From contig JALDZS010000043.1 of assembly GCA_022813965.1 (NCBI GenBank), forward strand, positions 62,001 to 126,000: a stretch of DNA of 64,000 nt. Reading direction: 5' to 3'. This document shows positions 37,335-49,954 of the stretch, in pieces; the first letter of the stretch is position 1; the number at the start of each line of letters is the position of its first letter. The notes under the pieces were generated by a model. The model did not search any database. It saw only the letters and a program-made list of their open reading frames with translations, and was not told the origin of the DNA. Made by a program: the position numbers and the translations under genes. This stretch comes from Toensbergia leucococca (Eukaryota).

Positions 37335-38015
37335 TCACTCTGGTGTGAAAGACTTTGGCAATGATGATTCTGCCGATGTGGATGCTTTTGTGGACGATCC
37401 AGGCATTTCAGCGTAGGCGGTAAGCCACTGATCTTTGCTATAAATAACTGCGTTAGACTCTAGGAATTGGGTTAATTTGTTATTGAGATCTAAGATGAAT
37501 CAACACGCGGAAGAAGCTGCAATCTAAACACTGAACTTACCCTCCAAGCTCATTTCTGAGGCCGCTTGTAAAGAGTAATGGTCAGAGTGCTCATGGACAA
37601 AGACCAGGTCGTCAGGAAGAGGAGTATCTAGAAACTCTGGGCATCAGCTGTTGATTCGATGAGGGTCGTAGCATGGATACTGACCGGCAGGCAACGAGTA
37701 CACAACGACATCCTTTCCTTTGAAATTTCTGACCAAGTTTCGCTGGAAAATTGAGATGGGCCGCATCGAGGCACCGTTCGGAGCTAAAGTCATTACTTAA
37801 TCCAAAGCTCAAGGCACATATCTTCTCTATTGCAAACCTTCATATGTTGACGGGTCCAATGCTTTTGGCTTGACCATTCCAGCCTCGGTGAAAAGGTCGA
37901 AGGAATTTGACCGCCTCACTGACCACTCCCGGAGCCTTATGTTTCGGCCGCTATTGACGCGGAATAGCTCCTTCGGTAGGGACTTGAAACACTTGATGAT
38001 GACAGGGGAAGACAT
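37335..38015 (-). CDS. Tse2-like ADP-ribosyltransferase-fold protein, paralog B, 4 exons
   Basis: Exons 38015-37838, 37783-37685, 37627-37541, 37489-37335 give LPKELFRVN...APNGASMRP...VVYSLPADTPLPDDLVFVHEHSDHYSLQAASEMSLEDLNNKLTQFL, which I recognise as the fungal Tse2 ADPRT-family signature. Confidence 0.8.
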
Positions 38016-38169
38016 TTGTGCTATCTTTTCTTATACGAGACTGACTAGCCATTCACTATTGTCTGAGATGTTGACGATGGTGCTGATAATGGAAATGCTG
38101 GAATCAGGGAGGAGAGGTACGGGATAAAAGGGATGGGCTCGACCTCGATAGAGGGTCAAGCCCATGAAT

Positions 38170-38562
38170 AAGGACATCTCAGTCATTCACAGAGGGTAAA
38201 GCGAGGGCAAAGGAGACATTCACAGACGGTGGTAAAGGAGACATTCACAGACGGTAGAGCGGGTGAAAAAGTCATTCACTGGGGGGGAGTGAGGGCAGAG
38301 GGTTCAGGACCGAGGAGAGCTACTAGGACGAGTCAAAAGGTCAGGGAGGGGAAGCCGACAGGGAGCCACCTCTGGGATCAACACTAAGCTTCACAATCTC
38401 CTCTGACAGAAAACATCCGCAGACACCGCGACTGGAGAGTGCGAAGGGGACCAGGATATCAACCACGGGCAGTAAATTAGCTATATAAGACACACCTCAG
38501 TGGGCACTAGGTGAGTCAAGGGTAAATATATCGAACGATCTGCTATCAGTCACACGATCTCA
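38170..38562. repeat. Degenerate tandem repeats, possibly part of a solo LTR
   Basis: AAAGGAGACATTCACAGACGGT twice plus two AGTCATTCAC variants (38181-38280), followed by CTATATAAG and an end ...GATCTCA. No target-site duplication found. Confidence 0.3.
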
Positions 38563-40235
38563 TTAAAATGCCTTGAGGAAGATTCGTGAACAGACACTAT
38601 CCATATTTCAAGATAACATCATACGATTCGAGGACGAGAATCGTGATGAACTTACTTAGAGATGAGACGGAGGGAGAGCTAAATGTATTGATGATCTATC
38701 CATGGAGTGCTGAATGAACGTGACCAGAAGACCATACCTTGGTCACAATTGAAAGCTCTGAAAGAAACCAAAGAATCACCCCTCTCCCCCCCAACAATTC
38801 AGCAGCAGATCAATCAAGAGTCGTGCTTGTCAATCTTTTCCTCAGTAGTTTTTCTCATAGGTTCTATTATGCTGCCAAATGTTTTGCCACCCGTGATATC
38901 CAGGCATACTAGGCCGTTGCGCCCTCATTTTCATCCATACTGTGAGCATAGGTAGCTGGGAAGCAGTGCTGACGCTGCACCTTGATTCCCCCCCTCAAAA
39001 AGAGAAACGCAAGCTGTGTTCTGACACTGAAAGACATGCTATTGAAAAAAAAATGAGAAAGGGGTTGATTTCACTCTGATATGTGGATGTGGGGATCTGA
39101 AGCTGTAGTTTTGTTTGCAAGTGTGATAAATACTCTCTCTAATACCTTAAGTCACATAATTTCATCAATAGCACGAGGTAATCACCTCATTTCACACACT
39201 ATTATCCTCATCATCAAAAACTTGACTTCTTTTCTTCTGATGCTAGTGTCTTTCTTTTTTCCCTGGTTTTGGTAAGGTGAGTGGTGCATTTTATTCTGTG
39301 AGGTTAGTGTTTGTAGAGTGCTAGGTAGATGAGGCGGTTTTGTGCGGATTTTAAGGGTGCTGAGGAGAGATTTGAGGGCTTGAATGAGTGAATGAATATA
39401 ACTTACAGACTTCTCATCAAAGAAATAGGTTTCAGGTCTCACATGTAAGCATTTGTGACACCCCCCCTTTTTTTGTATTCTGATCACCGAAGGTGAAGTA
39501 AGGTGATGATTTCATTACCTTGACATCTGTTGCATGTTTTATGTTTTTATTTCTTGTTTGTTTTTGTTTGAGTCTTTTCAGAAGCTGAGGCTTCAAGGTT
39601 TTGAGGTTTTTTTGAGAGCTGGTATGAAGGGGAAGGGTCATTGAGTTTTTGTGCTTGTTGTTTGATAGATTAAGAGTGATTTGTTTTATTGACTTTTTCT
39701 GATAGGTGGTTCTTGTTTAAGGAGCTCGGTTGATCTCAGGACTAGATCTTGTGTGAGTACCAGGTAAGGAAGGAGATGTGACACAAGCCCGAGGCAGATT
39801 GAAAGGAGATATGATGTTGAAACCTACCTACTATTCATTCTCGAGCATTTTTTCGCGTCGCAGTGAGAGGTGGTTGGTTGGGATTTGTAACTTGTGACTG
39901 GCTTTGATAGTTGCAGATGCACCCGCCCTCTGCATACTTTTTTGAGTTGGAATGTTTTGTGGTAAAGGGATTTTTTTGAACCGGGTATCTGAGTAAAGCT
40001 TTTTTTTGAATGAAATGACAGAATGAGTGAACCCCTCTTTGCTCGGTTATGGATGCACAGTCTCAGCAACGGTTGTACTGAGATGCGAGGCTAGATTTGG
40101 AAGCAAGAAGAGAGAGTGTTATGTGGAAGTGAAAGGTGGAGGGAAAGGCGAATGGGATCAATCAATTTCATTCACATCTACATATTCAGTCACCCTAGGC
40201 AGCCTCCCTTCCTCCCATCCCAACCCATCCACATA

Positions 40236-41234
40236 TCAATCATAAAACACCAAACACCTCACCTCAATACTCTGCCTCCCCTTCACATCCTTGGGCGTAT
40301 CCGGATCCACAAACGCCGTGTGCGGCGTGCAATCCGCAACGCCCTTCTCCCCGCCGTGGATCTGACTCCTGGAATCAAAGCACTTGAGGAACATCACCTC
40401 GTCCGGCCGCATGTCCTTCATGTAATAGAACTTGTGCCCCTCGCTTGGCACGACGCCAAAAGTTTCGCCCTTGACTTCGTAGCCCTCTGTACTTATGACC
40501 GATGCTTCCTCTGGGAGCTTTTCTTTGCCTCTGTCATCGTTGTCGTTGTCGTTGCGCTGCGGGTATAGGAGGTCGATTTTGACGAAGTCCGAGGGCTGGG
40601 TTGTGCGCCAGTCGATGACTGCGAGGGGGAAGTCGGAGGCTGGATGGCCGATTGGCCGCCAGATGTTGATGATTTGGTAGCGGCCATTGAGTAGTTGTTC
40701 TGCCTCGTCAGGGGGCAGGTGGCGCCGCACTCTTGTCTCTGCTGCCTGGGGCGTTTGGTCGACGTGGACTTGTTGTACTGGCTGGCGTGGAGAGGCTTTT
40801 TCGTGCCGGCGGATGGTGTGGTCGAAGATGACCACTTTCTTGACGCCGGGCAACTTGTCTTTTACTAATTGCTCCACTTCATTGTAATACCCGCCCCGAA
40901 CTGCGGCGTCGTCGGTGTAGGTCTTTTCCTTAGCGGAGGCTTCGAAGACGGAGAAGCCTGATTTGTCAGTGCTGAAGTTGTGGAATTGGGAGCGTAGGTC
41001 TTCAACACTGCGCTTGTGGTCGGCAAGGCGAAAGGAGTAGCCCGGTCCGTCGACTTTGGACCAGGGTTTCTTGAAGGGGGCGGTGGCGGTGGGGTCGTAG
41101 GATGAAGGGTCGATGTACTTGAACGTGGAGGTTGTCATGGTTGCGGCAGTACGGTGTTGGATATGGCGGTTGATATTGTGTGGCTGAGCTTTGGTGGTAT
41201 GCAGGGTAAATCGAAGCGTGCGGGCTGCTTTCAT
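40236..41234 (-). CDS. AsaB/CmcJ-like (GA4 desaturase family) oxygenase
   Basis: VVIFDHTIR, VHVDQT, RYQIINIWRP, PLAVID, MRPDEVMFLKCFDS, PHTAF and RQSIEVRCLV motifs. The Arg/Thr-rich N-terminus may be a mitochondrial presequence. Confidence 0.85.
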   Translation of the reverse strand: MKAARTLRFTLHTTKAQPHNINRHIQHRTAATMTTSTFKYIDPSSYDPTATAPFKKPWSKVDGPGYSFRLADHKRSVEDLRSQFHNFSTDKSGFSVFEASAKEKTYTDDAAVRGGYYNEVEQLVKDKLPGVKKVVIFDHTIRRHEKASPRQPVQQVHVDQTPQAAETRVRRHLPPDEAEQLLNGRYQIINIWRPIGHPASDFPLAVIDWRTTQPSDFVKIDLLYPQRNDNDNDDRGKEKLPEEASVISTEGYEVKGETFGVVPSEGHKFYYMKDMRPDEVMFLKCFDSRSQIHGGEKGVADCTPHTAFVDPDTPKDVKGRQSIEVRCLVFYD

Positions 41235-43665
41235 GCTAAGGACTCTCGGACTTCATGGGCAATAATGAAGATGAGCAAGAAGTTTTCCTCATCTCCATGC
41301 CGTCAAGAGACTCAATGTTGTGTTACATCATCGGACAATGCAGGGTCCTTGGAGCTGTCGGTAGCCAGCAGTGGATTGGTGTACGAGTGCAAGTGCTATC
41401 AAACAAGTCTCACTGAAGACTCGTGAAATAGCTTTCGAAGTAGATGCGTACCGAGCTTTGCTTGGCTCACTGGCTCTAGAGTAGGATGTTTTCAATCATG
41501 GTACTCAGTACTCGGTAGCCTCTGTGCTACCTTATCCACACTTGAGCCACATAATGAAAAATCCAAGAACTTGCATACTTCAGACCAATGGCTTGCAACT
41601 GACCGAATGATCTAGTCCACGCTACTTTCAACGATAGTGCCCTAAGGCGAAAACATCACCGTCACATCGAAAGGCTTGTTGTGGGTGACTTCGATCTGGG
41701 TTCTCGTGGCTAAAGATTGATGAGCCCGTTGAAGGACTTTCACAAGGGTGCTGGTTACTTGAGAACGAGGGCAGCAAATTGGACCATGTCCGCGTACTCA
41801 ACTTGAAGAATTCGTTTGGGTGAGAAACAAATTCTTCCTAAAGTTGAAATTGTTCACGTTTTACCTGTTGAATAGGGGCAGTAGATCACGTGGATCATTA
41901 GATGATCCGGCCCGAACACCTCATATTTCGTACGGATAGCTCATTCGATAGATGTTACTCCTCAATGCTTCAATTATCATGACAATGTTACCTTTTGCTC
42001 CAACTACTCGAGAGTAAAGACCTCGTATTCTATCAATCAAAGAATACAAAATACATTCAAGTAATACAAAAAATTCGAAGAATCCTCGAATACTTACCTA
42101 CACCACAACGGAACTAATCCCCAATACTGCACAAGATCTCTATCAGACAGCATCAATGACAAGCGTGTCTTTATCTACATAGACTATCGCTTACAGGATC
42201 TTTCTACAGACACTCTTGTTGACATGTACACTTTTTCAGTCACATATGCAGTTCTCCTCCTTGGCTAAAGAATGAACTGTCATCAATTCTGTTCTATCTC
42301 AACGACTCTAGGGATAGAATGTTTAAAAGTTTTACTGCGAGACTGTTGGAAGCTGACATGCGTACCTCGCTCTCGGACCAAGGCGTTGAATCTTGCCACA
42401 TAGGCATGATATCGGAAACTGAAACAAAGCCCAGTCCTATTAGATACACGACTGAAGCACACCACATCTTGCGATGATTTCCAATCATTCGGATCCTTTC
42501 TAGCCTCTAAGATTGCTATGTATTGCGTGGCTAAACATCCCCCAAGCTTGTATCTTTACTTGATCTCCTACCTATTCAGCGATTTCCGGAATACCGCATC
42601 AATCATAGTACATTTTTCTCAGCTGCAAGTAATATCGAGGCTGTCATTAATACTGCCATTCTTTATCTTTCCCTTAATGTTGTTCCGGCTCTACAACTAT
42701 CTCAACAAAACAAACTTATTCTTGCCATGATATTCCTCATAGGTGGATTGAAAGCTTCTGATATTAAGCTTCATTATTTTTCGTTGCTGACAAGCACAAT
42801 TTTATTGTAACAGGTATCGTACGCATAGTCGTCATCTATCAACCTCACAACTTTCTGCTTCATTTAGCCTTCAATGATTTTGGTACAGTTTCCTTAAAAA
42901 CGGCGACCTCTGGTCCCATATTCACGCAGGTACCGCAATTATCTGCGCTTGACCCCCTACCTATCGTTCCCTCATCACTAAATCAACATCTGTCATTGCT
43001 AGTTTTCGACAGCGATACAGCTCCCTCATCAGCTTCGGCAGAATCAATCAAACTTTTGTGGTTTTCGCTGGCTCAGATCAAGAAAATCAGACGCCGGAGT
43101 GGACTGCCAGCGGCCGTAGAGGAAGATTAATGAAGTTCTAGAGATTAGCGCTTGTTGTACGGAAACTTCATGTATGCTGATGTCTGAAGGATACCCTATG
43201 GACGAAGACTCCTTACTGAACTCGATTCGTGTGAGAAGCACTTTTGACATTGTTTGAACTTTCCAAGAGAATGTTGAAAGTAATGACCCCTTTCTCGAAC
43301 CCAGTGCTTCGAAGAAGCCGAAGCCTGAATCATAGGACCACATGATGAGTTTTACGAAGCTTAAATCGGCATGGAAATTATCTATTTGAATTGGAACTCG
43401 GTAACCTCTTGATAGAAATGGCTTTCCCCTGAATTGGTGGAAAGCGCCGCTAGCCGCCGCTTGTGCTTGCCGAAGCCGGCTAGCCAGATAGCAATCTGAT
43501 TATGCGCCTCAAAAAGGAGCGACGGACCGCACAAGACGTGGAATTATCCCTAGAATAAGTAACAATAAATATGTAACTCTGCAATTCCCTCTCCCAAGAC
43601 ATTGGTCTCATCTACACATTTTAAATATTGTGTTCTCCCTGTCTCCATTCTCCAATTGAGCAAAA

Positions 43666-45454
43666 ATGGCTGTGCTTCAACCGCTCCGTCCAACTCTTTA
43701 CAAGGGATCTTTTATCCACAGCGTTTCGCTCAATGAACTTCAAGTTTTGGAGAATGCAATTGTCGGCGTTGACGAGAGTGGGGTTATTAGATTTGTTGAG
43801 CGACATGTTGCGGACGGGGATGTGAAAGATGTGGTGAGGGGGCATGGGTGGGAGGAGTGGGATGTTGTGAGTGCTGGGAGGGGGTTCTGGTTTCCGGGGT
43901 TCGTGGGTGAGTTTATGGGAGACGATGTTCTTTTTGTGTGAGAAATGGAATGTGATTTTGAAACGTTGCTCAATTCGTTCCTTTTCCAATCCATCTTTTT
44001 CCTAGAGGTTCCGTGGGCTTGGTGGATAAGGAATGATGATATGGGAGCTTAACGTTTTCTTGACTCACCTTTCTTTCGCTTTTTTTATGTCTATCCTCTT
44101 CGTATCCAGCAAATTCTTTCCGTTTGTCCTGCAGTCTAATGTCAATTACCAGTCAAAGTTCTTCTCGCAGTACTCCTTCCATTCATCAAATCAATAGCCC
44201 CACCCTTATCGAATGAAACTCCCACTAACCTCCCAAACCCTAGACACCCACATCCACGCCTCCCAATTCCCCAACAGCGGTATATTCGGCAAAAGTACAC
44301 TCCTCGACTGGCTCAACAAATATACCTTCCCCCTCGAAGCCTCCCTCTCTTCCCCCGTCAAAGCAACCCAAGTCTACACCCGATGCATCAGCGCCACTCT
44401 CGCCCATGGCACAACAACAGCAGCCTACTATGCCACCATCTCCGTTCCCTCAACCAACCTCCTCGCAAGCCTCTGTCTCTCCCGTGGCCAACGTGCCTTC
44501 ATCGGCCGCGTCTGCATGGACTCCTCCATAAACCCACCATACTACACCGACGCCTCCCCAGAAACCTCCCTAGAAGCGACCAAAGCCACAATCACCCACA
44601 TCAACACCATAGACCCCAACCACACCCTCCTCACGCCCATCCTAACCCCGCGCTTCGCCCCTTCCTGCACCCCAACCCTCCTCTCCTCCCTCGGCACCCT
44701 CGCCCGCACCGAAAACCTCCCCATCCAAACCCACATCGCCGAAAACCCCCCCGAATGCGCCCTGGTAAAATCCCTCTTCCCAGACTCCCGCTCCTACACC
44801 CACCTCTACGACACCCACACCCTCCTAACACCCCGCACCGTCCTCGCCCACGCCATCCATCTCTCGGCCGAAGAACGCGCCCTCATCCGCACCCGCGGCG
44901 CCAAAATCTCCCACTGTCCCGTCAGCAACACCTCCCTCTCCTCGGGCCTGTGCCCCGTGCGCGCGCTCCTGAACGAAGGGCTGGACGTCGGCCTGGGCAC
45001 CGATGTCAGCGGCGGGTATAGCCCCAGTATCCTCGTCGCTGCGAGGGAAGCGAGTATGGTCTCCCGCACGCTTGCGGCCGTGTCGTCGGCAACGGAGTCC
45101 GAGAATCGAGACGACGCGCTCAAACTCAGTGTTGAGGAGTGCTTGTTTCTGGCTACGAGGGGCGGGGCCAGGTGTTTGGGTTTGGAGGGGAAAGTGGGGG
45201 GGTTTGAGGTCGGGATGGAGTGGGATGCGCAGATGGTGGATTTGGGGAGTGTGGGGGATGGGGTGGAGATTGGGGGAGGGGATGGGGTGGAGGTTGGGGG
45301 AGGGGATGGGGTGGAGGTTGGGAATGTGGGGGTTTGGGAGGGGCAGGGCTGGGAGGAGCGAGTGGCCAAGTGGATGTTTTGCGGCGATGATCGGAATACG
45401 AGGGCTGTGTGGGTGCGGGGCAGGTTGGTGCATGAGAGATTGGAGACTGTTTGA
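43666..45454 (+). CDS. GUD1: Guanine deaminase, 2 exons
   Basis: FPGFV|DTHIHASQ across intron 43907-44243, LLDWLNKYTFP, TPRFAPSC, QTHIAEN, SHCPVSN, GLGTDVSGG, GDDRN. Confidence 0.95.
45253..45322 (+). repeat. In-frame 24-bp tandem repeat (about 3 copies) in guanine deaminase
   Basis: GGGGATGGGGTGGAG(A/G)TTGGG(GGA) repeats encode GDGVEIGG GDGVEVGG GDGVEVG. Confidence 0.85.
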
Positions 45455-45791
45455 GAATAGTTTTGCGGGATTTAGTTGGGGAAGTGGGGGGTGGGGAGTG
45501 TTGGGTTGGAAGGGGGGGAGGGGGGGAGGGGGGTTGGTGGGAAAGGGAAGGGTGAGAAAGGGGGGGGTGGAGAGTGGGTTTGGGCAAGATATAGGGTGAT
45601 GGTGTGGGTATTGGTTGTGCATGCGGTTAATCAGCAGAGGAGTTTTGTCGCGTAAAACGGGAGTGTGTGGAATGATCAAAAAGCCCCATGTTACCAATTG
45701 AAGGGGGTTGTATGATGCCCAGAACAGCGAGACTACGAAAAGTCCTATATCCATCTCTCTAAGCTCCCATACGGTGCACTCCACCAGTCCT

Positions 45792-47168
45792 CTAAACCAA
45801 AGCATTCACATCCCCCCTCTCCGCCTTCCGCCTCGCAGTCCCCACCCCACTAACCCCCTCCTCCTGATTCTTTCCTAGCCACGGCTTCCTCGCATCCCCC
45901 AGCGCCTTCCTCCCCACAAAATAAACAACCAACCCCCCAATAATGCACACAAACGCAATCGGATACATCCAATGGATATGCAAATGAAAGAGTTGGATCC
46001 CTGTCACCACGCCCCAGAAATTGCCCGTCAGAAGACTGATGTTGAAAAAGGCCGCGCTGGCCATGCGGAACATAATGGGGGCTGTTGAGTAAAAGAGTGA
46101 GAGGATGAGAGTGTAGCCGACGAAATATCCCGCAACGGGTCCGTTCCATGTAGCGCTTCTCCATGCCGGCCGGTCAAAGATTCCAGTTTGCGCCCCGCTG
46201 ATGATGGTTCCCCAGAAACCAATCTGACCTACGACTTCATAAAGAGGGCGCTTCGACACCAAATATTCTTCTGCGATATTCGTGAGGCCGTAGAACGTGG
46301 CACCAGCGAGAGCGAACAAGTCACCCTTGAGCTGGTCTCCGCGGCTGATGTCACCGCCGTTGGATCCGGTGATGTGGTCGCTAGCAAGGAGGATGCCCAT
46401 ACCGCCGACACAGATGAGAATACCGGCGACTTGGGTGGGGCGGTAGCGGACTTTTAGAAAGATAAAGGAGATCGTAACGACGAGGACAATGGCCCAAAAG
46501 TTGATGAGTTGGGCGGAGAGAATGGTCGTCTTTGTAATGTCAGCAACGAAGCGCTACTGTATCAATGTGAAGGAAGATGCTGCTCAAGGATAGGGAGAAT
46601 GGGTTTCTCGAAGTTTGGAATTGAAGCTGCAAGCACTCACATAGCGGTAGGCCAGAACGGTAAAGTAATTACCCTGTACATCCATAAATGCATAAATCAA
46701 ATAACGCCAGCCATCTTTATACACCATCTGGGCCCAGCCCTTGATCCCATATTTATACAAAGTCCAAGTACCATAGACAAACATGAGGAGTATATAATTC
46801 AGCATATTCTGAAAAGCAGGGATCGAGGTACCCTCGTCGGCGAGATACTCGGAAAAGATGTTGGTACCCGTGTCACAGAGTGAGAGCATTTGGCCCAGGC
46901 AAAGAATAATCCAGAAGTTGCGAGTCTTGAAGTATGCAAACCAGCCTTTTGTGCTATTGTCGACATGGTCCACAGCATCTTGCCTAATGCTGTTGTCATT
47001 ATCGCCGATAACCTCCGGAGGGGCATGCTTTGGCGAAGAAGAGGTCGAAGGGTCCTCAAAATTGTCGGCTTGGTTCGAGGTTGCGTGTACAGCGTTCTTA
47101 TCCGGGTCTTCGATGTGGGTCATCGTATCTGTTCGGTCATAGGAGGGTCTGGGGTAGGGAGATGACAT
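45792..47168 (-). CDS. SLC35F1/F2-like (DUF914) solute carrier, 2 exons
   Basis: LGQMLSLC, SIPAFQN, DVQGNYFTVLAYRY|TTILSAQL (intron 46530-46640), GDLFALAGATFYGLTN, ASAAFFNISLLTGNFWG. Confidence 0.92.
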
Positions 47169-47646
47169 GGTCTTGTAGAGTCTTTGGAATAGTAAGTGAG
47201 CGCAAAGACTCTGAAGTCGCTCACTAGGAAATGGCTGTCAATTCAGGATTGACGTTGCAAGGTAGAGGAGGGAGAAGAGACTTTCTGGCCATTGGTGATG
47301 AATGTCTTGGCCCAGGCGAAATCCGCCAAGTGGGGGTGGGAGGTGGATGGTCTTGGCACGATAAGGTTAATCTGATTAGGGTTAATTTCCGAAATGCCCC
47401 CACCTTTACTTCACCACGTGTGCCTGCACGAAATACCCAATACGAGCAATGTCAACGAATCTCATGAAATGTGTGAAGCAACAACATATCGTATGGTAGA
47501 TTCCTATGTTTTACTTGGAAAAACCTCAGTCAAGGATATCAGCCCCTTGTCATCCCCTGTTCACTGACAAATGCATCAATACGTCCACTCGAAATTGATG
47601 AAGACGATGGTCCATCGTGTACGAGAAATGAGACGACCAGTCGTCC

Positions 47647-48628
47647 TTATCGAATCTTCTCAACAGTGCTCCTCCTCCTTGATGGATTCAGCCATTTCAG
47701 TTGGCTCGGGTTCAAATATATCCAGGATTTGCAATCATCGCCCGACAAACGCATAGCAATATGTCCTGGTTGACGACATCTGTAACATACCACAGTACCA
47801 CCTGACTCACTCAGAATAGTGTCTTGAGAAAGGTCAGAAGTATGATTTCCATCATTCTTGTTTCCATTCTGTTTTCTTCTTCTTCCACCAAAGTTTCGCC
47901 GGCCCCCTTGGCTCCCGACCTCGACCATGTCCAGAATCTTGTAGATTCGGATTTGAATTTGCCTGTAAGTTCGATTTTTCCTCGGCTTCGGCTATCCTAC
48001 GTTTCGTGCGAGCTTCTTCATCTTTCAGGCCCTGGATGAGACGGTGGATGTTTGGTATGGCACTCTCTTTTTCGAATACTTCAAAAACAGCGTCGAGGTA
48101 GGCATCAAAAGATGCGCCGAGAGGGGTGAGTAGTTTCAAAGCAGAAAGTTCGGCCGTCGTCATACCCAACTCCTCCATCTCAATAAGGAAGCCATAGAAT
48201 TTACCTCCGTACTCGGTCATGTTCTTACAGTCAGAGTATTTCACAGCCAGCATCCTATTGAATAAATTCAACTTGGCCAGCCAGCCGGTAGGAATGAATT
48301 GATCTTTCAGATAGTCTCAGACCTCCTTGGGAGACCAATTTGGATTCAATAGTGATTGCACCTCTTTCGTGCACCTAGTTCTGATCATGCGAGAAGCATG
48401 AGCACGGCCGGCCTCCCAGTTCTCTACCATATCATCTCTATCCTGCTTCCTTCTCTTCTGCTCTTCGGAAGCTGGTGTTGACAAGACAATGGGAGGTGGC
48501 CTGAGCTCGGTGTCGTCAAGATGGCCTAAGAGCATTTTCGAAGCCAGTACAATTTTCATATCTGTGGCCCACCTTCTGTAATCCTCAGTCTCCTCGAGTT
48601 CAGCCATCCTTGTGTTGAGATTGAACAT
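47647..48628 (-). mobile_element. Decayed Ty1/copia-like gag (UBN2-like domain plus zinc knuckle); no pol or LTR seen
   Basis: DYRRWATDMKIVL, KEV*DYLK (TGA at a likely Trp), MTEYGGKF, LLTPLGASFD, LKDEEAR, then a frameshift and CYRCRQPGHIA. Confidence 0.75.
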
Positions 48629-49954
48629 AAGAACAGACGCATAAGGTAGATGGAGGGATTTGTATGAATCAAATGGGAAGTGATTCAAAAAGCAATTTCA
48701 GACTTTACTTTGGGTGAAATGAAAGCCAGTACATATACTCGTACGAGTAGGCAAATGTTGAAAATGCATATGCAAAAGCTAAAGTACTCACATGAAAGGC
48801 AAAACACTTAGACTAAGGCATGCTTTGTACATGACCCACGTATGTAAACGCACCTGGAATTTCATGCATCATGTCGATACCCTTCATCCTTCATGAGCCT
48901 TCTGAGACTGATGATGGAAAGTGTGGGAAAGGCTTGTTGAGAAATCATGTGGCTTCAAGTAGAAAGTAGAAAATGCGTCAGAGTCGCACTAGCCTCAGGG
49001 GTAACGGATAATCGTTGATCCGTATCCCTCCTCGCCCTAATAGATTTTCTTGTCTCTCCTCTTCTCCTCTCATTTATTGTTCACTGATCTATCACATCGA
49101 TTTCCATCAGAGAGTCGTGGATGATCCTGCTTGATCCATTCCTAGCAATATTACCTACTCGTATGCATGATGATTGATATCTGTTGGCTAATGCACTCGT
49201 TCAGCAGTCAGCACCATATATGGAATTACTCCTACTTAGCTAAAGAATCCACCGTCATCAGATCCTGCTTTCATCTGAACAACATCCATATTCCAGTAGG
49301 CTCAAGAAGTGCTTGACCATTGACATAGTCGCTCGATCAAAGACTTCTTCAATAGATCGGATGCTGAACAAATACCACCACGGCGACCAATAACAGATAT
49401 CAATGGAGCTTGAACAATGCTGATACCCGACCACCTGTCTTCAAGATATTATCACCTAATATTCATACGATGATAGTGTTTTGGAAGCTTCGAACATTTA
49501 CCTTGGCTTAGCCTACAACGATATCATTGACTACTCTGCTTACTCCTCACCAATTTGACTTCCTGTCCCAATGACTTCAGTGCCCCGGTCTGCGAATTCC
49601 ACCTCTGAGTCTTTCATCAAGGTAACATCGTAGCTTGCAGTCTTACACCGAACAGCACATCGGGCTTTTTGATGAGACTACGTGCGATCAAGCCTCGGAA
49701 AATTGAATCTAGCATGCATGGCCTTAAAAACATAATTTTACAAGAAGCAAAAACCATTCAGAGATGAAGAATCCAACTTCTCGTCATCTTCATGAAACCT
49801 GAAACTCGTATCATCATACCACTTCTTTGCAACCAACTCATCAGGGGAGGCTTCTCTGTATCGACAAGATATGAAGGATCTTGCCCAGACTTTTCAAAGC
49901 CCTCATATCAAGCCTAGACTCTCCGAAGATAAGAATCCCATAAAAAACAAGGCC

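Noticed and set aside
38181..38280. Spaced repeats resembling a CRISPR array
   Set aside because: Eukaryotic context, irregular short spacing, degenerate units and no cas genes.
38700..40100. Possible decayed transposase
   Set aside because: Looks like mutated repeat DNA, but no catalytic or structural motif could be recovered.
42000..43400. Short ORFs between the AsaB-like gene and guanine deaminase
   Set aside because: No recognisable domain or consistent exon chain.
43907..44243. Long guanine deaminase intron as a box C/D snoRNA host (ATGATGA at ~44033)
   Set aside because: No suitably placed CTGA box D or terminal stem found.
44383..45805. Long overlapping Pro/His/Gly-rich ORFs on both strands
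   Set aside because: Shadow frames produced by the extreme C/G skew of the guanine deaminase gene.
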